Below are positions 48,886 to 61,231 of a stretch of 64,000 nt of DNA, piece after piece. The notes under the pieces were generated by a model, which saw nothing but the letters and a program-made list of their open reading frames with translations, was not told the origin of the DNA and ran no database searches. Within the stretch, counting starts at the first letter, position 1. Every line of letters starts with the position of its first letter. The stretch comes from Gammaproteobacteria bacterium. Its GTDB lineage: Bacteria > Pseudomonadota > Gammaproteobacteria > CAJXQU01. The stretch spans positions 1,664,001 through 1,728,000 of the forward strand of contig CBDEGZ010000003.1 of the NCBI GenBank assembly GCA_965238175.1, given 5' to 3'. A program made the position numbers and the translations under genes.

Positions 48886-51800
48886 TTAACCGATCCATTT
48901 TCGCGCATTATGAAAAATCTGCATCCACGGACTTTCTTCTTCTTTCCAGTTCTCGGGTAACCACGAGAATTGTTTTTTCAGAAACACACGTTCTGGGTGC
49001 GGCATCATAATTGTGACACGACCATCTGTTGTTGTAAGTCCGGTTAATCCTAATTTTGATCCATTCGGGTTGGCCGGATATTTCTCAGTCGTATCACCAG
49101 AGTTTGTGATGTATTTAAGGCTGACAATGTTTTGATCGATTGCATTTTGAGATGCTTTTTGATCATAACTAGTGCGGCCTTCACCATGAGAAACAATAAC
49201 TGGCATTTTAGATCCAGCCATTCCTTTTAGAAGAATAGAAGGAGACTCTTGAACTTCGACCATGCAGAGTCGTGCCTCAAATTGTTCGGATTCATTGTCT
49301 AAAAATAGTGGCCAATGATCGGCACCTGGAATAATCTCTTTCAACTGTGCCAACATCTGACAGCCGTTACAAACGCCTAAAGTGAAAGTGTTTTTTCGAT
49401 TAAAAAACTGACTAAATTGTTTTTTCAATTGCGTATTGAATAAAATTGTTTTTGCCCAACCGCCACCAGCACCAAGAACATCGCCATAAGAAAAACCACC
49501 ACAAGCGACCAGACCAGAAAAATCTTTTAGGTTAATTCGACTTTCGATCAAATCGCTCATGTGGACATCAATTGCGGAAAAGCCAGCGCGATCAAAAGCG
49601 GCCGCCATTTCGAGATGTCCATTTACACCTTGCTCACGCAAAACCGCAATGCTGGGTTTGGTTTCTGTTTTAGATGATTTATTCAATGAGTAGCTGAGTG
49701 AGATGGATAAACCAGGATCACTAGCATCTTGTATCGCTTGATATTCCTGCTCGGCGCATGCTGGGTTATCGCGTAAGGATTGCATATGAAAAGAAGTGGA
49801 TGACCAAAGTCGTTGGATTTCCATCAGATCTTCAGAATAAACTTGATCGCCGTTTTGACTAATATCTATTATCTTTTGATCATTTGTGGTTCCGATAACC
49901 TTAACGTGATTTTTTAGCACACCATCAGAGTTCAAACATTTAAGGACTTGTTCAGTATTTTCGTGACTTATTTGTATCACTGCACCGAGCTCTTCGGAGA
50001 ATAAACTTTGCAAAGAAGCTTCAGCTAAATTAATATCGAGACCAGTTCTTCCAGCCAATGCCATCTCGGCCAGGGTTGTGAACAAACCACCATCGGATCG
50101 ATCGTGGTAAGCGAGTATTAAGTCAGCCTCGATTAATAACTGAATAGAGCGGAAAAAAGATTTAAGTAATGCTGGATCGTCAAGATCGGGCGCTTCGTTA
50201 CCAATTTGATTAAAGACTTGTGCTAAGGCGGATCCGCCGAGACGATTTTTTCCGGTACCCAGATCGATCAAAATTAAATCTGTTTCATCTTGATCCGTGC
50301 GTAGCTGTGGGGTGAGTGACATGCGTACATCGGCCACAGGTGCAAATGCAGTGATGATCAATGACAGTGGAGAAATAACAGCGTGATCTTGATGACTATT
50401 TTTTTCAGGTTCTTTCCATACGGTTTTCATCGACAAAGAATCTTTGCCGACAGGAATGCAAATTCCCAGTTTGGGACAAAGTTCCATACCAACCGTTTTT
50501 ACGGTATCAAATAGACGAGCATCTTCATCGCCATGGCCACAAGCAGCCATCCAGTTTGCTGAGAGAATAATGTCGGACATTTTTAGAATACGTGCAGCAG
50601 CAATATTAGTGATTGCCTCTCCAATTGCCATACGACCCGAGGCGGCAGCATTGATTAGCGCAATAGGTGCGCGTTCACCCATTGCCATTGCTTCACCTGT
50701 CGAGCCAAGAAAGGAATTGGATGTTACCGCACAATCGGCCACCGGAACTTGCCATGGGCCAACCATTTGATCGCGCGCAACCAGGCCGGTGACACTACGA
50801 TCGCCGATGGTGATCAGAAAACGTTTGTCCGCAACGGTAGGCAATTGTAAAACGCGTTCTACAGCTTGTTTGATTGTGATCGATTTTGGATCAAATGCTG
50901 GATGATCAATATTATGTCGTTGAGTTGTACGGCTCATTTTTGGTGGCTTGCCGAGTAAAACCTGCATTGGTAGATGGATGGGTCTATCAGCGAACAGACG
51001 ATCATTAAGAATTAATGTACGCTCATCAGTTGCCTCACCAAGTACGGCAAAAAGACAACGTTCGCGTGAACAGATCTTTTTGAAAAATGTCAGCGTCTCA
51101 GGAGCAATGGCAAGTACATAACGCTCCTGTGATTCATTGCACCAGATCTCGACCGGTGACATTCCGGGATCTGAACTCGGTACTTCACGTAGCTCAAAAA
51201 TAGCGCCGCGTTTTGCATCATTAACCAGTTCTGGTAATGCATTGGAAATTCCACCCGCACCGACGTCATGAATAGAAATGATCGGGTTGTTATTTCCTAA
51301 TGACCAACAGCTATCGATGACTTCCTGACAGCGACGTTCCATTTCTGGGTTATCGCGTTGTACAGAAGCGAAATCGAGATTCTCCTCACTTTGTCCTGAG
51401 GTAACGGAAGAGGCGGCGCCACCGCCGAGCCCGATTAACATAGCTGGGCCACCGAGGACGATAATTTTTGATCCAGCAGGAATTTGATCTTTATGTGTAT
51501 GTTGTGGGCGAATATTACCCAAACCACCGGCGATCATAATAGGTTTGTGATATCCGCGGACTTCTTCATTAATTTCTTGTTCATAGCTACGGAAATAACC
51601 GCATAGGGCAGGGCGACCAAATTCATTATTAAATGCAGCGCCACCAATGGGGCCTTCGATCATAATGTCCAGCGCAGATGAAATGCGCTCAGGTTTGCCG
51701 TGATCAATTTCCCACGGTTGCGGTAGATCAGGAATTTTTAAATTGGAGACTGAAAATCCGGTTAATCCAGCCTTAGGTTTTGAGCCACGACCTGTTGCGC

Positions 51801-52776
51801 CTTCATCGCGAATTTCTCCTCCAGAGCCTGTTGCGGCACCAGGGTATGGGGAGATCGCCGTTGGGTGGTTATGTGTTTCTACTTTAGTCAGGATATGGAT
51901 ATCTTCATTGGTATATTCATATTGTCCCGTTTCTGGATTGGCGAAAAAACGATCGCCAGCATATCCAGTTGTAACTGAGGAATTATCAGAATAAGCGGAT
52001 AAAACGCCACCAGGATTTGTTTCATGTGTATTTCTGATCATAGAAAACAAACTTCGATCTTGTTTTTCACTATCGATTGTCCAATCGGCATTGAAAATCT
52101 TATGACGACAATGCTCAGAGTTAGCTTGGGCAAACATCATCAACTCGACATCAGTTGGATTACGCCCAAGCTCAGTAAAATTCTCGAACAAATAATCTAT
52201 TTCATCTTCTGATAAAGCCAGGCCCATTTCTGTGTTTGCAACACTTAATGCGGAACGACCATTTTTGATCATGTCTACATGTACGATTAAACCAGGCTCG
52301 GTTTGATCAAAAAGGTGATGCGCCTGATCGGGATCGGTCAGTACGGTTTCGGTCATTTGATCATGAATGAGGGGGGCGATTTGTAATAAGGTTTGATCGT
52401 CTATTGGCTGATTATTTTCGGTTCTGAAATACCATTGAACTCCGCGTTCTAAACGTTTGATTTTTTTCAGACCGGCATTTTTAGCTATATCGGTCGATTT
52501 ACTCGACCATGGTGAAATGGTTCCGCTACGTGGAATAACTAATAAGGTTTGTCCTGCGTGATCTATTTCAGGATTTTCGCGATCAAAAGTTTTTTCATAA
52601 GACAAAATTTCTTCAAGCTGTTGATTTTCATGTTGATTAAGACTAGATGTACACTCCGAGAAATGGATGAAATGGCTACTGATTGAATTTATCTGAGGGC
52701 AGATTTTCTGAATGTTGCGTAAATATTTTTTAAGCCGAAAATCCGAAAAGGCTGGTGAGCCATAAAACGTCAGCAT
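48886..52776 (-). CDS. purL: Phosphoribosylformylglycinamidine synthase (large type)
   Basis: [40 protein letters not shown]. Confidence 0.98.
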   Translation of the reverse strand: MLTFYGSPAFSDFRLKKYLRNIQKICPQINSISSHFIHFSECTSSLNQHENQQLEEILSYEKTFDRENPEIDHAGQTLLVIPRSGTISPWSSKSTDIAKNAGLKKIKRLERGVQWYFRTENNQPIDDQTLLQIAPLIHDQMTETVLTDPDQAHHLFDQTEPGLIVHVDMIKNGRSALSVANTEMGLALSEDEIDYLFENFTELGRNPTDVELMMFAQANSEHCRHKIFNADWTIDSEKQDRSLFSMIRNTHETNPGGVLSAYSDNSSVTTGYAGDRFFANPETGQYEYTNEDIHILTKVETHNHPTAISPYPGAATGSGGEIRDEGATGRGSKPKAGLTGFSVSNLKIPDLPQPWEIDHGKPERISSALDIMIEGPIGGAAFNNEFGRPALCGYFRSYEQEINEEVRGYHKPIMIAGGLGNIRPQHTHKDQIPAGSKIIVLGGPAMLIGLGGGAASSVTSGQSEENLDFASVQRDNPEMERRCQEVIDSCWSLGNNNPIISIHDVGAGGISNALPELVNDAKRGAIFELREVPSSDPGMSPVEIWCNESQERYVLAIAPETLTFFKKICSRERCLFAVLGEATDERTLILNDRLFADRPIHLPMQVLLGKPPKMSRTTQRHNIDHPAFDPKSITIKQAVERVLQLPTVADKRFLITIGDRSVTGLVARDQMVGPWQVPVADCAVTSNSFLGSTGEAMAMGERAPIALINAAASGRMAIGEAITNIAAARILKMSDIILSANWMAACGHGDEDARLFDTVKTVGMELCPKLGICIPVGKDSLSMKTVWKEPEKNSHQDHAVISPLSLIITAFAPVADVRMSLTPQLRTDQDETDLILIDLGTGKNRLGGSALAQVFNQIGNEAPDLDDPALLKSFFRSIQLLIEADLILAYHDRSDGGLFTTLAEMALAGRTGLDINLAEASLQSLFSEELGAVIQISHENTEQVLKCLNSDGVLKNHVKVIGTTNDQKIIDISQNGDQVYSEDLMEIQRLWSSTSFHMQSLRDNPACAEQEYQAIQDASDPGLSISLSYSLNKSSKTETKPSIAVLREQGVNGHLEMAAAFDRAGFSAIDVHMSDLIESRINLKDFSGLVACGGFSYGDVLGAGGGWAKTILFNTQLKKQFSQFFNRKNTFTLGVCNGCQMLAQLKEIIPGADHWPLFLDNESEQFEARLCMVEVQESPSILLKGMAGSKMPVIVSHGEGRTSYDQKASQNAIDQNIVSLKYITNSGDTTEKYPANPNGSKLGLTGLTTTDGRVTIMMPHPERVFLKKQFSWLPENWKEEESPWMQIFHNARKWIG

Positions 52777-53396
52777 GTTTTTTTCTTACCCATCAATCAA
52801 ATGTAAATGATAACTTATTTATATGCTTAAAGTGACCGGTAACAGCTAAAACATAGGCAATAAAAGCGGCTCTATTATTAGAGACGCATAAATAATATGA
52901 CGTTGATAGGCTAATTATTTTCCAATAATGTTTTTAAGTGTCGCAAACCAGCTTGAGATATTGTCGTTACAGTACCAATGGAGAGTATTTCTTTAATTGA
53001 GTACTTACACTCCATTTATTATTGTTGTTGGTTATTCTACGCTCCAAAACGCGGCTTGGTGTTTTATAAGGAACTGCCCAAAAAAATGCACTATTGACCT
53101 AAGATAATTGTGAGATTTTAATATTTAAATTTGATCTATATTCAAGGGTGAGTGAACTGGTCGTTACGAAAGTAAAACGCTCAACGAATGGGAATGTTTT
53201 TTGCTTCACATGGGTTTGATCAAAATTTTAAAGCATTCTAATCCTTTACATATAAATTCTTATTTTATAACTATGTATTACAATTTTCTAATGTAAATAA
53301 TACGAAATGTTGGTTAAATGGCTGATTTATAAGTGGGATGTTCGTAATTATTCAAATCACCCTAAACATTACTCGTCTTAATTTAGGAGTAAACTA

Positions 53397-54506
53397 TTGA
53401 AACACTTGACTAAACTATCATTGGTTAAACAAATTTTAGAAAAAGCATCTTTAGTACAAGAACAATCAGGAAAATCCGTAGCATCTCAAGTAGTTGAAAT
53501 GATCGCTCTAAGACGAGGTAAAAGTAAAGTAAACCCTGAAGAGTATTATAACTACCGTCTATATGACGACAATTTTTCTTTGCAAGATAAGCAACAGTTT
53601 GGAGGTTGGCAGTTTAAGGAAAAAACAATGAGCTTTAAAGATGGCCGTTGGGATTGGCCCATGCGTGACAAGATATTGTCACAAATTTATCTTGAAGGCG
53701 TTGGCCTGCTGTGTCCTAAGATTTTAGCTTTTTGTGGAAATGAAAACCGTCATCTTGGTCTTATTCCTGCCTATAAGCCTGATCAAACGTTGGTTGAATT
53801 CTTACGCGACGAAATTGAATATCCCTTTTTTTGTAAACCGGTGGCAGCATCGTTGGGTCGTGATGGGACTGCTGTTTTAGGTTTTGATGAAAGTAATAAT
53901 AGTTTGATTTTAGCGAATGAAACAAGACTATCGGTTAATGATTTTTTGCAAAGGTTAAAAGAAGAAGATCGTGGTACGGTATTTCAGCATAGTGTTGCAC
54001 CTCACCCCGAAACCGTAGAAATTTTCGGCAATAGACTGTCTTCTCTGAGATTGGTTTCTTTAATGCACAAAGAAAAAACACGCGTTTTCAAAGCCGTGTT
54101 AAAGATACCATCAGGCAAGAATATGACCGATAATTTTGACCATGGTCAATCTGGAAATATTATCGCGAAAATAAACACCGAAACAGGAGAGATTGAAAAA
54201 GTCATCTCTGGCGTTGGTATTCATCAATGTGAGGTTGATAAGCATCCCGATACTGGCAAATCACTTCTTGGGTTTGTAATTCCAGAATGGGAGAAAACAA
54301 GAGATATCTGTTTGCTTGCAACAAAATCTTACCCGGGTCTATTTATGCAACACTGGGATATCGCTATAGGTGAGAATGGGCCTTCTATTCTTGAAATGAA
54401 TTTCCCTGGTGATATTGATCTTCTACAGCATGCCTACGGCGAAGGCATTATTAATGATGAGTTAAATGCGTTGATGAAGGAGAGGAGCTTGTCGAAAGAA
54501 TATTGA
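53397..54506 (+). CDS. Sugar-transfer-associated ATP-grasp protein
   Basis: EYYNYRLY, FCKP, SLRLVS, DNF, HPDTG, WDIAI...P.ILEMN. Confidence 0.8.
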   Translation: MKHLTKLSLVKQILEKASLVQEQSGKSVASQVVEMIALRRGKSKVNPEEYYNYRLYDDNFSLQDKQQFGGWQFKEKTMSFKDGRWDWPMRDKILSQIYLEGVGLLCPKILAFCGNENRHLGLIPAYKPDQTLVEFLRDEIEYPFFCKPVAASLGRDGTAVLGFDESNNSLILANETRLSVNDFLQRLKEEDRGTVFQHSVAPHPETVEIFGNRLSSLRLVSLMHKEKTRVFKAVLKIPSGKNMTDNFDHGQSGNIIAKINTETGEIEKVISGVGIHQCEVDKHPDTGKSLLGFVIPEWEKTRDICLLATKSYPGLFMQHWDIAIGENGPSILEMNFPGDIDLLQHAYGEGIINDELNALMKERSLSKEY

Positions 54507-54704
54507 AAGGATTTAACAGGTTAAGATTTTAGACTTCTGACGACTAAATTAACAGAGGGTTTGATACGACTGAAATGTAATTAATAAAAGCACATTTACA
54601 ATTAACATATTTGTTTGATTTGCGACGCTATTTTTCCTCTAATGTACTTAGCTGATAATGGTAATTCATGATAGTCTGTGCGACTTTAAAAATACCATTT
54701 TCTC

Positions 54705-56900
54705 ATGCAAGCAGCACCTGATCTTTTTTCCTATAAAAAATTCTGGGCTCACCGTTTTGGAACAGCGCCGGTTTTACCCATGTCCAGAGAAGAAATGGAC
54801 GAGCTTGGGTGGGATAGCTGTGATGTTATTTTAGTCACGGGCGACGCATACGTGGATCAGGCGAGTTTTGGGATGGCATTAGTTGGTCGTGTGCTTGAAG
54901 CCCAAGGTTTTCGAGTTGGGATCATCGCGCAACCAGACTGGCAGAGCACGAAAGACTTTGAGCGTTTAGGTAAACCGAACCTCTATTTTGGCGTGACCGG
55001 CGGCAATATGGATTCGATGGTGAATCGTTATACCTCTGAACGCAGAGTACGATCAAATGACGCGTATACACCTGATGGTGCTGGTGGCCAGCGTCCTGAT
55101 CGTTGTGTGATTGTTTATACGCAACGATGTCGCGAAGCATTCAAAGGTGTGCCTGTGATCATCGGCGGTATAGAGGCCAGCTTACGACGTATCGCACATT
55201 ATGATTACTGGTCAGAAAAAGTTCGTCGATCAGTATTACTCGATTCCAAAGCTGATATGTTGATGTATGGTAATGCGGAACGTCAGATCGTCGAAATTAC
55301 GCATCGCATGGCCAAAGGTGAAACACTGGCTCAAATTACGGATGTACGTGGTACTGCGTTCGTGTGTGATCAACGGCCAGATGATTGGTGGGAGATCAAT
55401 TCAACAGAACTCGATACACCTGGGGAAATAGAAGAACCGATTGATCCGTATCTGGATACGACCAAAAGTAAAACGGATAAAAGTTGCGACTCGCAAGAAA
55501 AGCAAGCGTTAGATTTGGATCAATCGAAAAAGAAAAATCTCAATGTAATTCAATTCGTACCCAACCCACGGAAAGCTGTTCGCGAACGTACCGTCATTCG
55601 TATTCCTGCCTATGAACAAGTGAAATCTGATCCGGTTCTTTATGCACATACATCACGTATTTTGCATTTAGAAACCAATCCCGGAAATGCACGCGCTTTA
55701 ATTCAGCAACATGGCCAGCAACAGTTATGGTTGAATCCGCCACCAATTCCTTTGACGACTAAAGAAATGGATGCGGTTTATGATCTGCATTACACGCGTC
55801 AGCCACACCCTGCTTACGGCGATGCAAAAATTCCTGCTTATGAAATGATCCGTTTTTCGGTACCGATCATGCGTGGTTGTTTTGGTGGTTGTACGTTTTG
55901 TTCGATTACAGAACATGAAGGACGGATCATTCAAAATCGATCAGAAGATTCTGTTATTCGAGAGATAGAAACTATTCGAGATACAGTGCCTGGTTTTACC
56001 GGTGTTATTTCTGATCTCGGCGGCCCGACAGCCAACATGTACCGCATTGCATGTAAGAGTCGTGAAATTGAGGCTGCATGTCGATTACCTTCATGTGTCT
56101 ATCCTGACGTGTGTAAAAATCTAAATACAAGTCATGATCCATTGATCAAAATCTATCGCCGCGCCAGAAAACTTTCTGGTATTAAAAAGATTTTGATCGC
56201 TTCAGGTTTACGCTATGACCTTGCCGTGAAATCGCCAGAATATGTGAAGGAGTTAGTCACACATCATGTCGGTGGTTATTTGAAAATCGCGCCGGAACAT
56301 ACCGAGACTGGACCATTAACGAAAATGATGAAGCCTGGCATGGGTTCCTATGATCGCTTTAAACAAATGTTTGATAAATATTCTAAAGAAGCGGGCAAAG
56401 AGCAATATTTGATCCCCTATTTTATTGCGGCACATCCAGGTACGACAGACGAAGATATGATGAATTTAGCTATCTGGTTGAAACAAAATGGTTTCCGCGC
56501 AGATCAAGTTCAAGCGTTCTTACCTTCCCCTATGGCGACGGCTTCTGCGATGTTTTATACGGGCAAAAACCCACTGAAAAAAGTCGCGCGTGACAGTGAT
56601 CCAGTTTTTATTCCAAAAGGAAAAAAACAACGACAATTACATAAAGCTTTTCTTCGTTATCATGATGCGAATAACTGGCCATTGTTAAGAGAAGCGTTGA
56701 AGAAAATGGGCCGTGCCGATTTGATCGGTAATGGTAAAAAGCATTTAGTTCCCAGGTGGCAACCAGCTGGAACCGGCGATCAAATTGAAGGGCGACGAAT
56801 TACGCCAAAGGCTAAACGAACTTTTGCAGCAAAACCCTTTAAAACTCAGCATACCGGCTTACCGAAAGTACCAACGTTTAAAAAGAAAAAACGAGTATAA
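54705..56900 (+). CDS. ygiQ: YgiQ-family radical SAM protein
   Basis: [37 protein letters not shown]. Confidence 0.93.
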   Translation: MQAAPDLFSYKKFWAHRFGTAPVLPMSREEMDELGWDSCDVILVTGDAYVDQASFGMALVGRVLEAQGFRVGIIAQPDWQSTKDFERLGKPNLYFGVTGGNMDSMVNRYTSERRVRSNDAYTPDGAGGQRPDRCVIVYTQRCREAFKGVPVIIGGIEASLRRIAHYDYWSEKVRRSVLLDSKADMLMYGNAERQIVEITHRMAKGETLAQITDVRGTAFVCDQRPDDWWEINSTELDTPGEIEEPIDPYLDTTKSKTDKSCDSQEKQALDLDQSKKKNLNVIQFVPNPRKAVRERTVIRIPAYEQVKSDPVLYAHTSRILHLETNPGNARALIQQHGQQQLWLNPPPIPLTTKEMDAVYDLHYTRQPHPAYGDAKIPAYEMIRFSVPIMRGCFGGCTFCSITEHEGRIIQNRSEDSVIREIETIRDTVPGFTGVISDLGGPTANMYRIACKSREIEAACRLPSCVYPDVCKNLNTSHDPLIKIYRRARKLSGIKKILIASGLRYDLAVKSPEYVKELVTHHVGGYLKIAPEHTETGPLTKMMKPGMGSYDRFKQMFDKYSKEAGKEQYLIPYFIAAHPGTTDEDMMNLAIWLKQNGFRADQVQAFLPSPMATASAMFYTGKNPLKKVARDSDPVFIPKGKKQRQLHKAFLRYHDANNWPLLREALKKMGRADLIGNGKKHLVPRWQPAGTGDQIEGRRITPKAKRTFAAKPFKTQHTGLPKVPTFKKKKRV

Positions 56901-56940
56901 AAATTAAAGGTAAGGCTTGATAACTTTTTGCAATTTAATT

Positions 56941-57507
56941 TTATTCGCGCGACATAAATTTTCCAGTACTGGTATTTACCTTAATCATTTCCCCAGCTTC
57001 CAAATATTCAGGGATTTGGACTTCGATACCGGTGGTTAATGTTGCTGTTTTAGTACGATTTGCTGCACTTGCGCCTTTAATTTTGGGTGTGGTTTCGATA
57101 ATTTCCATGGTGATTGAAGCGGGTAGTTCAATAGCAATAATGTTGCCATCCATTAACATCGCTGTAATGTCATCCATGCCGTCGGTGATGTAACCAATTT
57201 GATCTTCGATATCCTGTTTGTTGAGAATGTGCTGGCTGTAATCTTTATTATCCATAAAAATATAATCATCACCATCAATATAAGAAAACTGCACTTTTAT
57301 TCGTTGACTGTCGGCTTCTTTTAGCATGTCGTCTGATTTATAAGACTCGTCTCTTTTTTGACCCGTTTGCAGATTGTTATAACGAATTTTATACAATGTC
57401 GAAGCACCTCTTGAAGACGGACTTTTACTTTCGATAGTTTTAACTATGTGTCCGACACCATCAATGTCGATGATCATTCCACGTTTTAGATCGCCTGCTT
57501 TTGGCAT
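56941..57507 (-). CDS. efpL: Elongation factor P-like protein EfpL (YeiP)
   Basis: EF-P fold with SPSSRGASTLYK loop (Arg tip) and KGASA. Confidence 0.85.
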   Translation of the reverse strand: MPKAGDLKRGMIIDIDGVGHIVKTIESKSPSSRGASTLYKIRYNNLQTGQKRDESYKSDDMLKEADSQRIKVQFSYIDGDDYIFMDNKDYSQHILNKQDIEDQIGYITDGMDDITAMLMDGNIIAIELPASITMEIIETTPKIKGASAANRTKTATLTTGIEVQIPEYLEAGEMIKVNTSTGKFMSRE

Positions 57508-57555
57508 AATAATATCTCTTTAAATGTAGTAATTTTTTAAACTAATAAAAACTGA

Positions 57556-59088
57556 TTAAGGTTTTCCCCAGATGTGTTCATTTACTGCGGGTTTGTGTTC
57601 TTTCGATGGTTCTTTTAATTCTTCTTTCTCTGAAAGAGACTCAGTATCTTCTGATGATTGTTTATTTATATCCGGCGCATCAAATTGATCATTATCGGGT
57701 ATTTCCGAACTTAACTCTGTATTTGAATCCAGATCTAAACTTTGTATCACCTTAGATTTCTGAGTCTGTTGCTTCATGGTTCTTTTTTTCTTGTTTTTTG
57801 ATCGGGTTTTCTTTTTTGGACGTGCACGTTCCGGCATAAGTGGAGCTTCTTTATCAGCCGCAAATCCTTCTATTTGTTCTCGTTTTACCCGGACGTCATT
57901 TCGTTTTTCTATCACGCCAAAATGTTGATATTCGTGATGGGAGATTAATGAAATCGCGGTTCCAGTTTCTCCAGCACGACCAGTACGACCAATGCGATGA
58001 ATATAGTCATTCGGTGAACGAGGTAAATCATAATTTATCACGCAAGGAAGTTGTTCGATATCAATACCGCGAGCCGCGACATCGGTTGCGATTAGAATGC
58101 GTATTTTTCCCGCTTTAAAATCACGTAATGCAGCTGCTCTTTTAGGTTGTTCTTGATTGCCGTGCATGGCGTTTGCTTTCACACCACGTTTTTCAAGCTT
58201 AGTAACAAGATTATCGCAGGTGCGTTTTGCGCTGCAAAAAATCAAAGCCTGTTTCCAATCATTTTCTTTAAGCAAATACGCGAGCAGATCATTTTTCTTA
58301 TCATGATTGACGGTGATTGCTCGTTGATCAATTTTCACGTCTTCCAGCGTTTCGTCCACATTGATAATGGTTGGCTCATTCATTACTTCTCGAACCAGTC
58401 TTCGAATACTTTCAGGAAAGGTTGCAGTGAACATCAGGTTTTGACGTTTGTTAGGAAGCAGCTTCAGGATGCGGTTAATTTCATCCTCAAAATCGCCTTT
58501 CATTAAGCGATCAACTTCATCGATGACTAGGGTTTTGACTTGATTAAATTTGATCGCATTTTGATCTACCAGATCCAATAAGCGTCCTGGCGTTGAAACT
58601 AAAATATCTGTACCACCGCGTAGCGCCATCATTTGAGGATTAATTTTGACGCCACCATAAACACTAAGACAACGAAGAGGAGGATTTATATTTTCAGCAA
58701 TTTGTTCAAACACTTCGCGTACTTGAATGGCAAGTTCGCGTGTGGGAACTAAAACCAGGACTTGCACACAGTTGCTATTGGCTCTTTTTGTTCCATCGTA
58801 ACGGCTGTAAGTGTCTTTTTGACCGTAAACATTTAAGCTGCTCAGGTTTTCTAATAGCGGTAAGACAAAGGCCGCTGTTTTTCCAGAGCCTGTTTCAGCA
58901 CGAGCCAATACATCCTTTCCTTGAATCACGGCGGGAATGGCCTCAAGTTGAATATCAGTTGCCGATGTATACCCCGCTTTCTCAATTGCAGTCAGAATAA
59001 CAGAAGAAAATGAGAAGGTAGTGAAATTGGGTCTTATAGGATTGGGAGGATGTTTTTTCATAGACGTATTAATGATAAATAAGGACAT
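57556..59088 (-). CDS. DEAD-box RNA helicase (RhlE-like)
   Basis: AETGSGKT, PTRELA, TPGRL, DEVD, ARGID, HRIGRTGR. Confidence 0.93.
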   Translation of the reverse strand: MSLFIINTSMKKHPPNPIRPNFTTFSFSSVILTAIEKAGYTSATDIQLEAIPAVIQGKDVLARAETGSGKTAAFVLPLLENLSSLNVYGQKDTYSRYDGTKRANSNCVQVLVLVPTRELAIQVREVFEQIAENINPPLRCLSVYGGVKINPQMMALRGGTDILVSTPGRLLDLVDQNAIKFNQVKTLVIDEVDRLMKGDFEDEINRILKLLPNKRQNLMFTATFPESIRRLVREVMNEPTIINVDETLEDVKIDQRAITVNHDKKNDLLAYLLKENDWKQALIFCSAKRTCDNLVTKLEKRGVKANAMHGNQEQPKRAAALRDFKAGKIRILIATDVAARGIDIEQLPCVINYDLPRSPNDYIHRIGRTGRAGETGTAISLISHHEYQHFGVIEKRNDVRVKREQIEGFAADKEAPLMPERARPKKKTRSKNKKKRTMKQQTQKSKVIQSLDLDSNTELSSEIPDNDQFDAPDINKQSSEDTESLSEKEELKEPSKEHKPAVNEHIWGKP

Positions 59089-59221
59089 GGCATTCTAACT
59101 TAAATCTTTTTTTAAAGTAGAAATTTGATTTCGAGTTGATTTGAAAAATACATAACCATACAAAATTAAAGGATTAGTTCAGGCTGCCGAATAATATTTA
59201 GAAGACGGAGGTGATTGTCCT

Positions 59222-59737
59222 GTGGAGACACAATTAGACCAAAAACAAAAGAATATAGAACCAGATGATTTAATCGTCTCAAAGACGGATCTCGAAGGGA
59301 AAATCACTTACTGCAATTCGGAATTTATGATCTATACCGGGCAAAATCTTGAGGATTTAATCGGTGAAAAGCATACCGTGATTACCCATTCAGACATGCC
59401 TCAGTCTATTTTTCGTTATATGTGGAAAGAGTTGGAAGCGTATAACGAAGTTTGTGTTGTAGTTAAAAATAGAAGTAAAGACGATGCGTATTTCTGGACC
59501 TTCATGACAGCAACCCCAACCTTTGGAACTGACAACCAACTGATTAGTCATTTCTTTGTGCAACGGAGTGTATCAATAGAAACAATTGCTTATTTTGAAG
59601 CACTATATCAACAGATGAGAGCGATCGAATTAGAATCCGAGTCTGATGAACAGGGAATGGATGCGTCTTTCGAAATTATGAATAATGTAGCGGTTAAGCA
59701 GGGACATAATGAATTTTTCTATTCCTATTACGCTTAA
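59222..59737 (+). CDS. Stand-alone Aer-type PAS sensor
   Basis: [30 protein letters not shown]; overlaps the MCP gene. Confidence 0.85.
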   Translation: METQLDQKQKNIEPDDLIVSKTDLEGKITYCNSEFMIYTGQNLEDLIGEKHTVITHSDMPQSIFRYMWKELEAYNEVCVVVKNRSKDDAYFWTFMTATPTFGTDNQLISHFFVQRSVSIETIAYFEALYQQMRAIELESESDEQGMDASFEIMNNVAVKQGHNEFFYSYYA

Positions 59738-61211
59738 AAATGTGCTACTGGTCAATATTATATTGCTGCTTTTTGTCAGTATTTTTGCCATTGGCCACTA
59801 TCAGGCCAGTACCTGGTTATTGTTAGCACCTCTAATTGCCTGCGGACTTCTTCTTATGGTAAGAGCAGAGTCTGTTAGTCGATCCGATGATACTATGGAC
59901 AAAATTCAGACATTACTGGATGAAGCCTGTAATGGTAATTTAGATCATCGAATCCTTGATGTTCCATGGGAACATCCACTAAACGGTGTTGTTACTGATC
60001 TTAATGAACTTCTCGATCAATTCGAGGTATACAACCTTGAAGTTGATAGTGTTTTTAGACTAGCGCGTTATGGAAAATTCTATCGACGAACTATGGCCAG
60101 AGGAATGCGTGGTAGATTCAAAATAGGCTTGGAGCGGATCGATAACTCATTAGAAATCATGAAACAAGGTCATTTGCAGCGTCAGCTGGATACGATGTTT
60201 GCGAGTCTTGGACAGCTTAAAACGAGTAATCTGTTACAAAATTTGAGTAATAATCAAAACGATCTGGACTCTATTATGTGTGAGATGAGTCAAATTGAAA
60301 AGAACTCTAAAGCTACTGCAGAGTCCTCTTTAAGCAATCAAGTTTTGGTACAGTCTGTTGTTGATCATTTAACAACGATGATTGATCATTCCTCCTCGAT
60401 GCGTAATGATTCAAAAGAACTTTCTACCAGTAGTCAGGGAATTTCTGAAATGGCGAACATGATTACCAGTGTTGCGGAACAAACGAATTTACTCGCACTG
60501 AACGCTGCGATAGAAGCGGCACGTGCGGGTGAGCATGGTCGAGGTTTTGCAGTCGTTGCAGATGAAGTTAAAAATCTTGCAGAAAGTACCAAGCAGGCGG
60601 CGAAGAAGATTGTAGAGACCACAAAGATATTTACTGAGGCTGGCGCTAGTATGATCAGCAGTACAGAGAACATGGCGACTGCAGGTGAACAATCGAAAGC
60701 GATTATTTCTGATTTTGAATCCAGTTTTGCTGAATCTGCAAAAACATCGCAGGAAACTTATGAGAATGTCGCTTCAGTCAAGATCATTTGTGATGCTGCT
60801 TTGATTAAAGTTGATCATATTATCTATATGCAAAAAGCTTATCGTGCTGTTGAAACTTGTAAAACTGAAAACTCGAGTGAAGTGACGGTTATGTCTGAGG
60901 CTTCCGAGTGTATGTTTGGACAATGGTACTACGGTGGTGAAGGTCAAGATGTTTATAGTCATTTACCAACTTTTTCAAGTATTGATGCTCCGCACCAGGG
61001 CATTCATGACAATATTCATAATGTAGTCAGCGCTATTAATAATTTAGATTGGCAGCAGTCCGATGATTCGCGCCAGTCAATCTTGACTAACTTTATACAA
61101 GCTGAAGAATATAGTGGTCAGCTAATGAATCTGATTGACCAACTCGCTCAAGAAAAGAATAAATTTGAATCATCCAATAATGATGAGTTAGGAGAAGTTG
61201 AGCTTTTTTAA
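59709..61211 (+). CDS. Methyl-accepting chemotaxis protein with C-terminal CZB domain
   Basis: [30 protein letters not shown]; DH...CMFGQWY...H...H. Confidence 0.9.
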   Translation: MNFSIPITLKNVLLVNIILLLFVSIFAIGHYQASTWLLLAPLIACGLLLMVRAESVSRSDDTMDKIQTLLDEACNGNLDHRILDVPWEHPLNGVVTDLNELLDQFEVYNLEVDSVFRLARYGKFYRRTMARGMRGRFKIGLERIDNSLEIMKQGHLQRQLDTMFASLGQLKTSNLLQNLSNNQNDLDSIMCEMSQIEKNSKATAESSLSNQVLVQSVVDHLTTMIDHSSSMRNDSKELSTSSQGISEMANMITSVAEQTNLLALNAAIEAARAGEHGRGFAVVADEVKNLAESTKQAAKKIVETTKIFTEAGASMISSTENMATAGEQSKAIISDFESSFAESAKTSQETYENVASVKIICDAALIKVDHIIYMQKAYRAVETCKTENSSEVTVMSEASECMFGQWYYGGEGQDVYSHLPTFSSIDAPHQGIHDNIHNVVSAINNLDWQQSDDSRQSILTNFIQAEEYSGQLMNLIDQLAQEKNKFESSNNDELGEVELF

Positions 61212-61231
61212 GCAATCTTTCTGGTAGAGTT

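Noticed and set aside
52777-53396. Riboswitch or sRNA in the long purL/ATP-grasp intergenic region (small TTAC-GAAA-GTAA hairpin near 53165)
   Set aside because: No recognisable riboswitch consensus; short stems are expected by chance. An Rfam scan would settle it.
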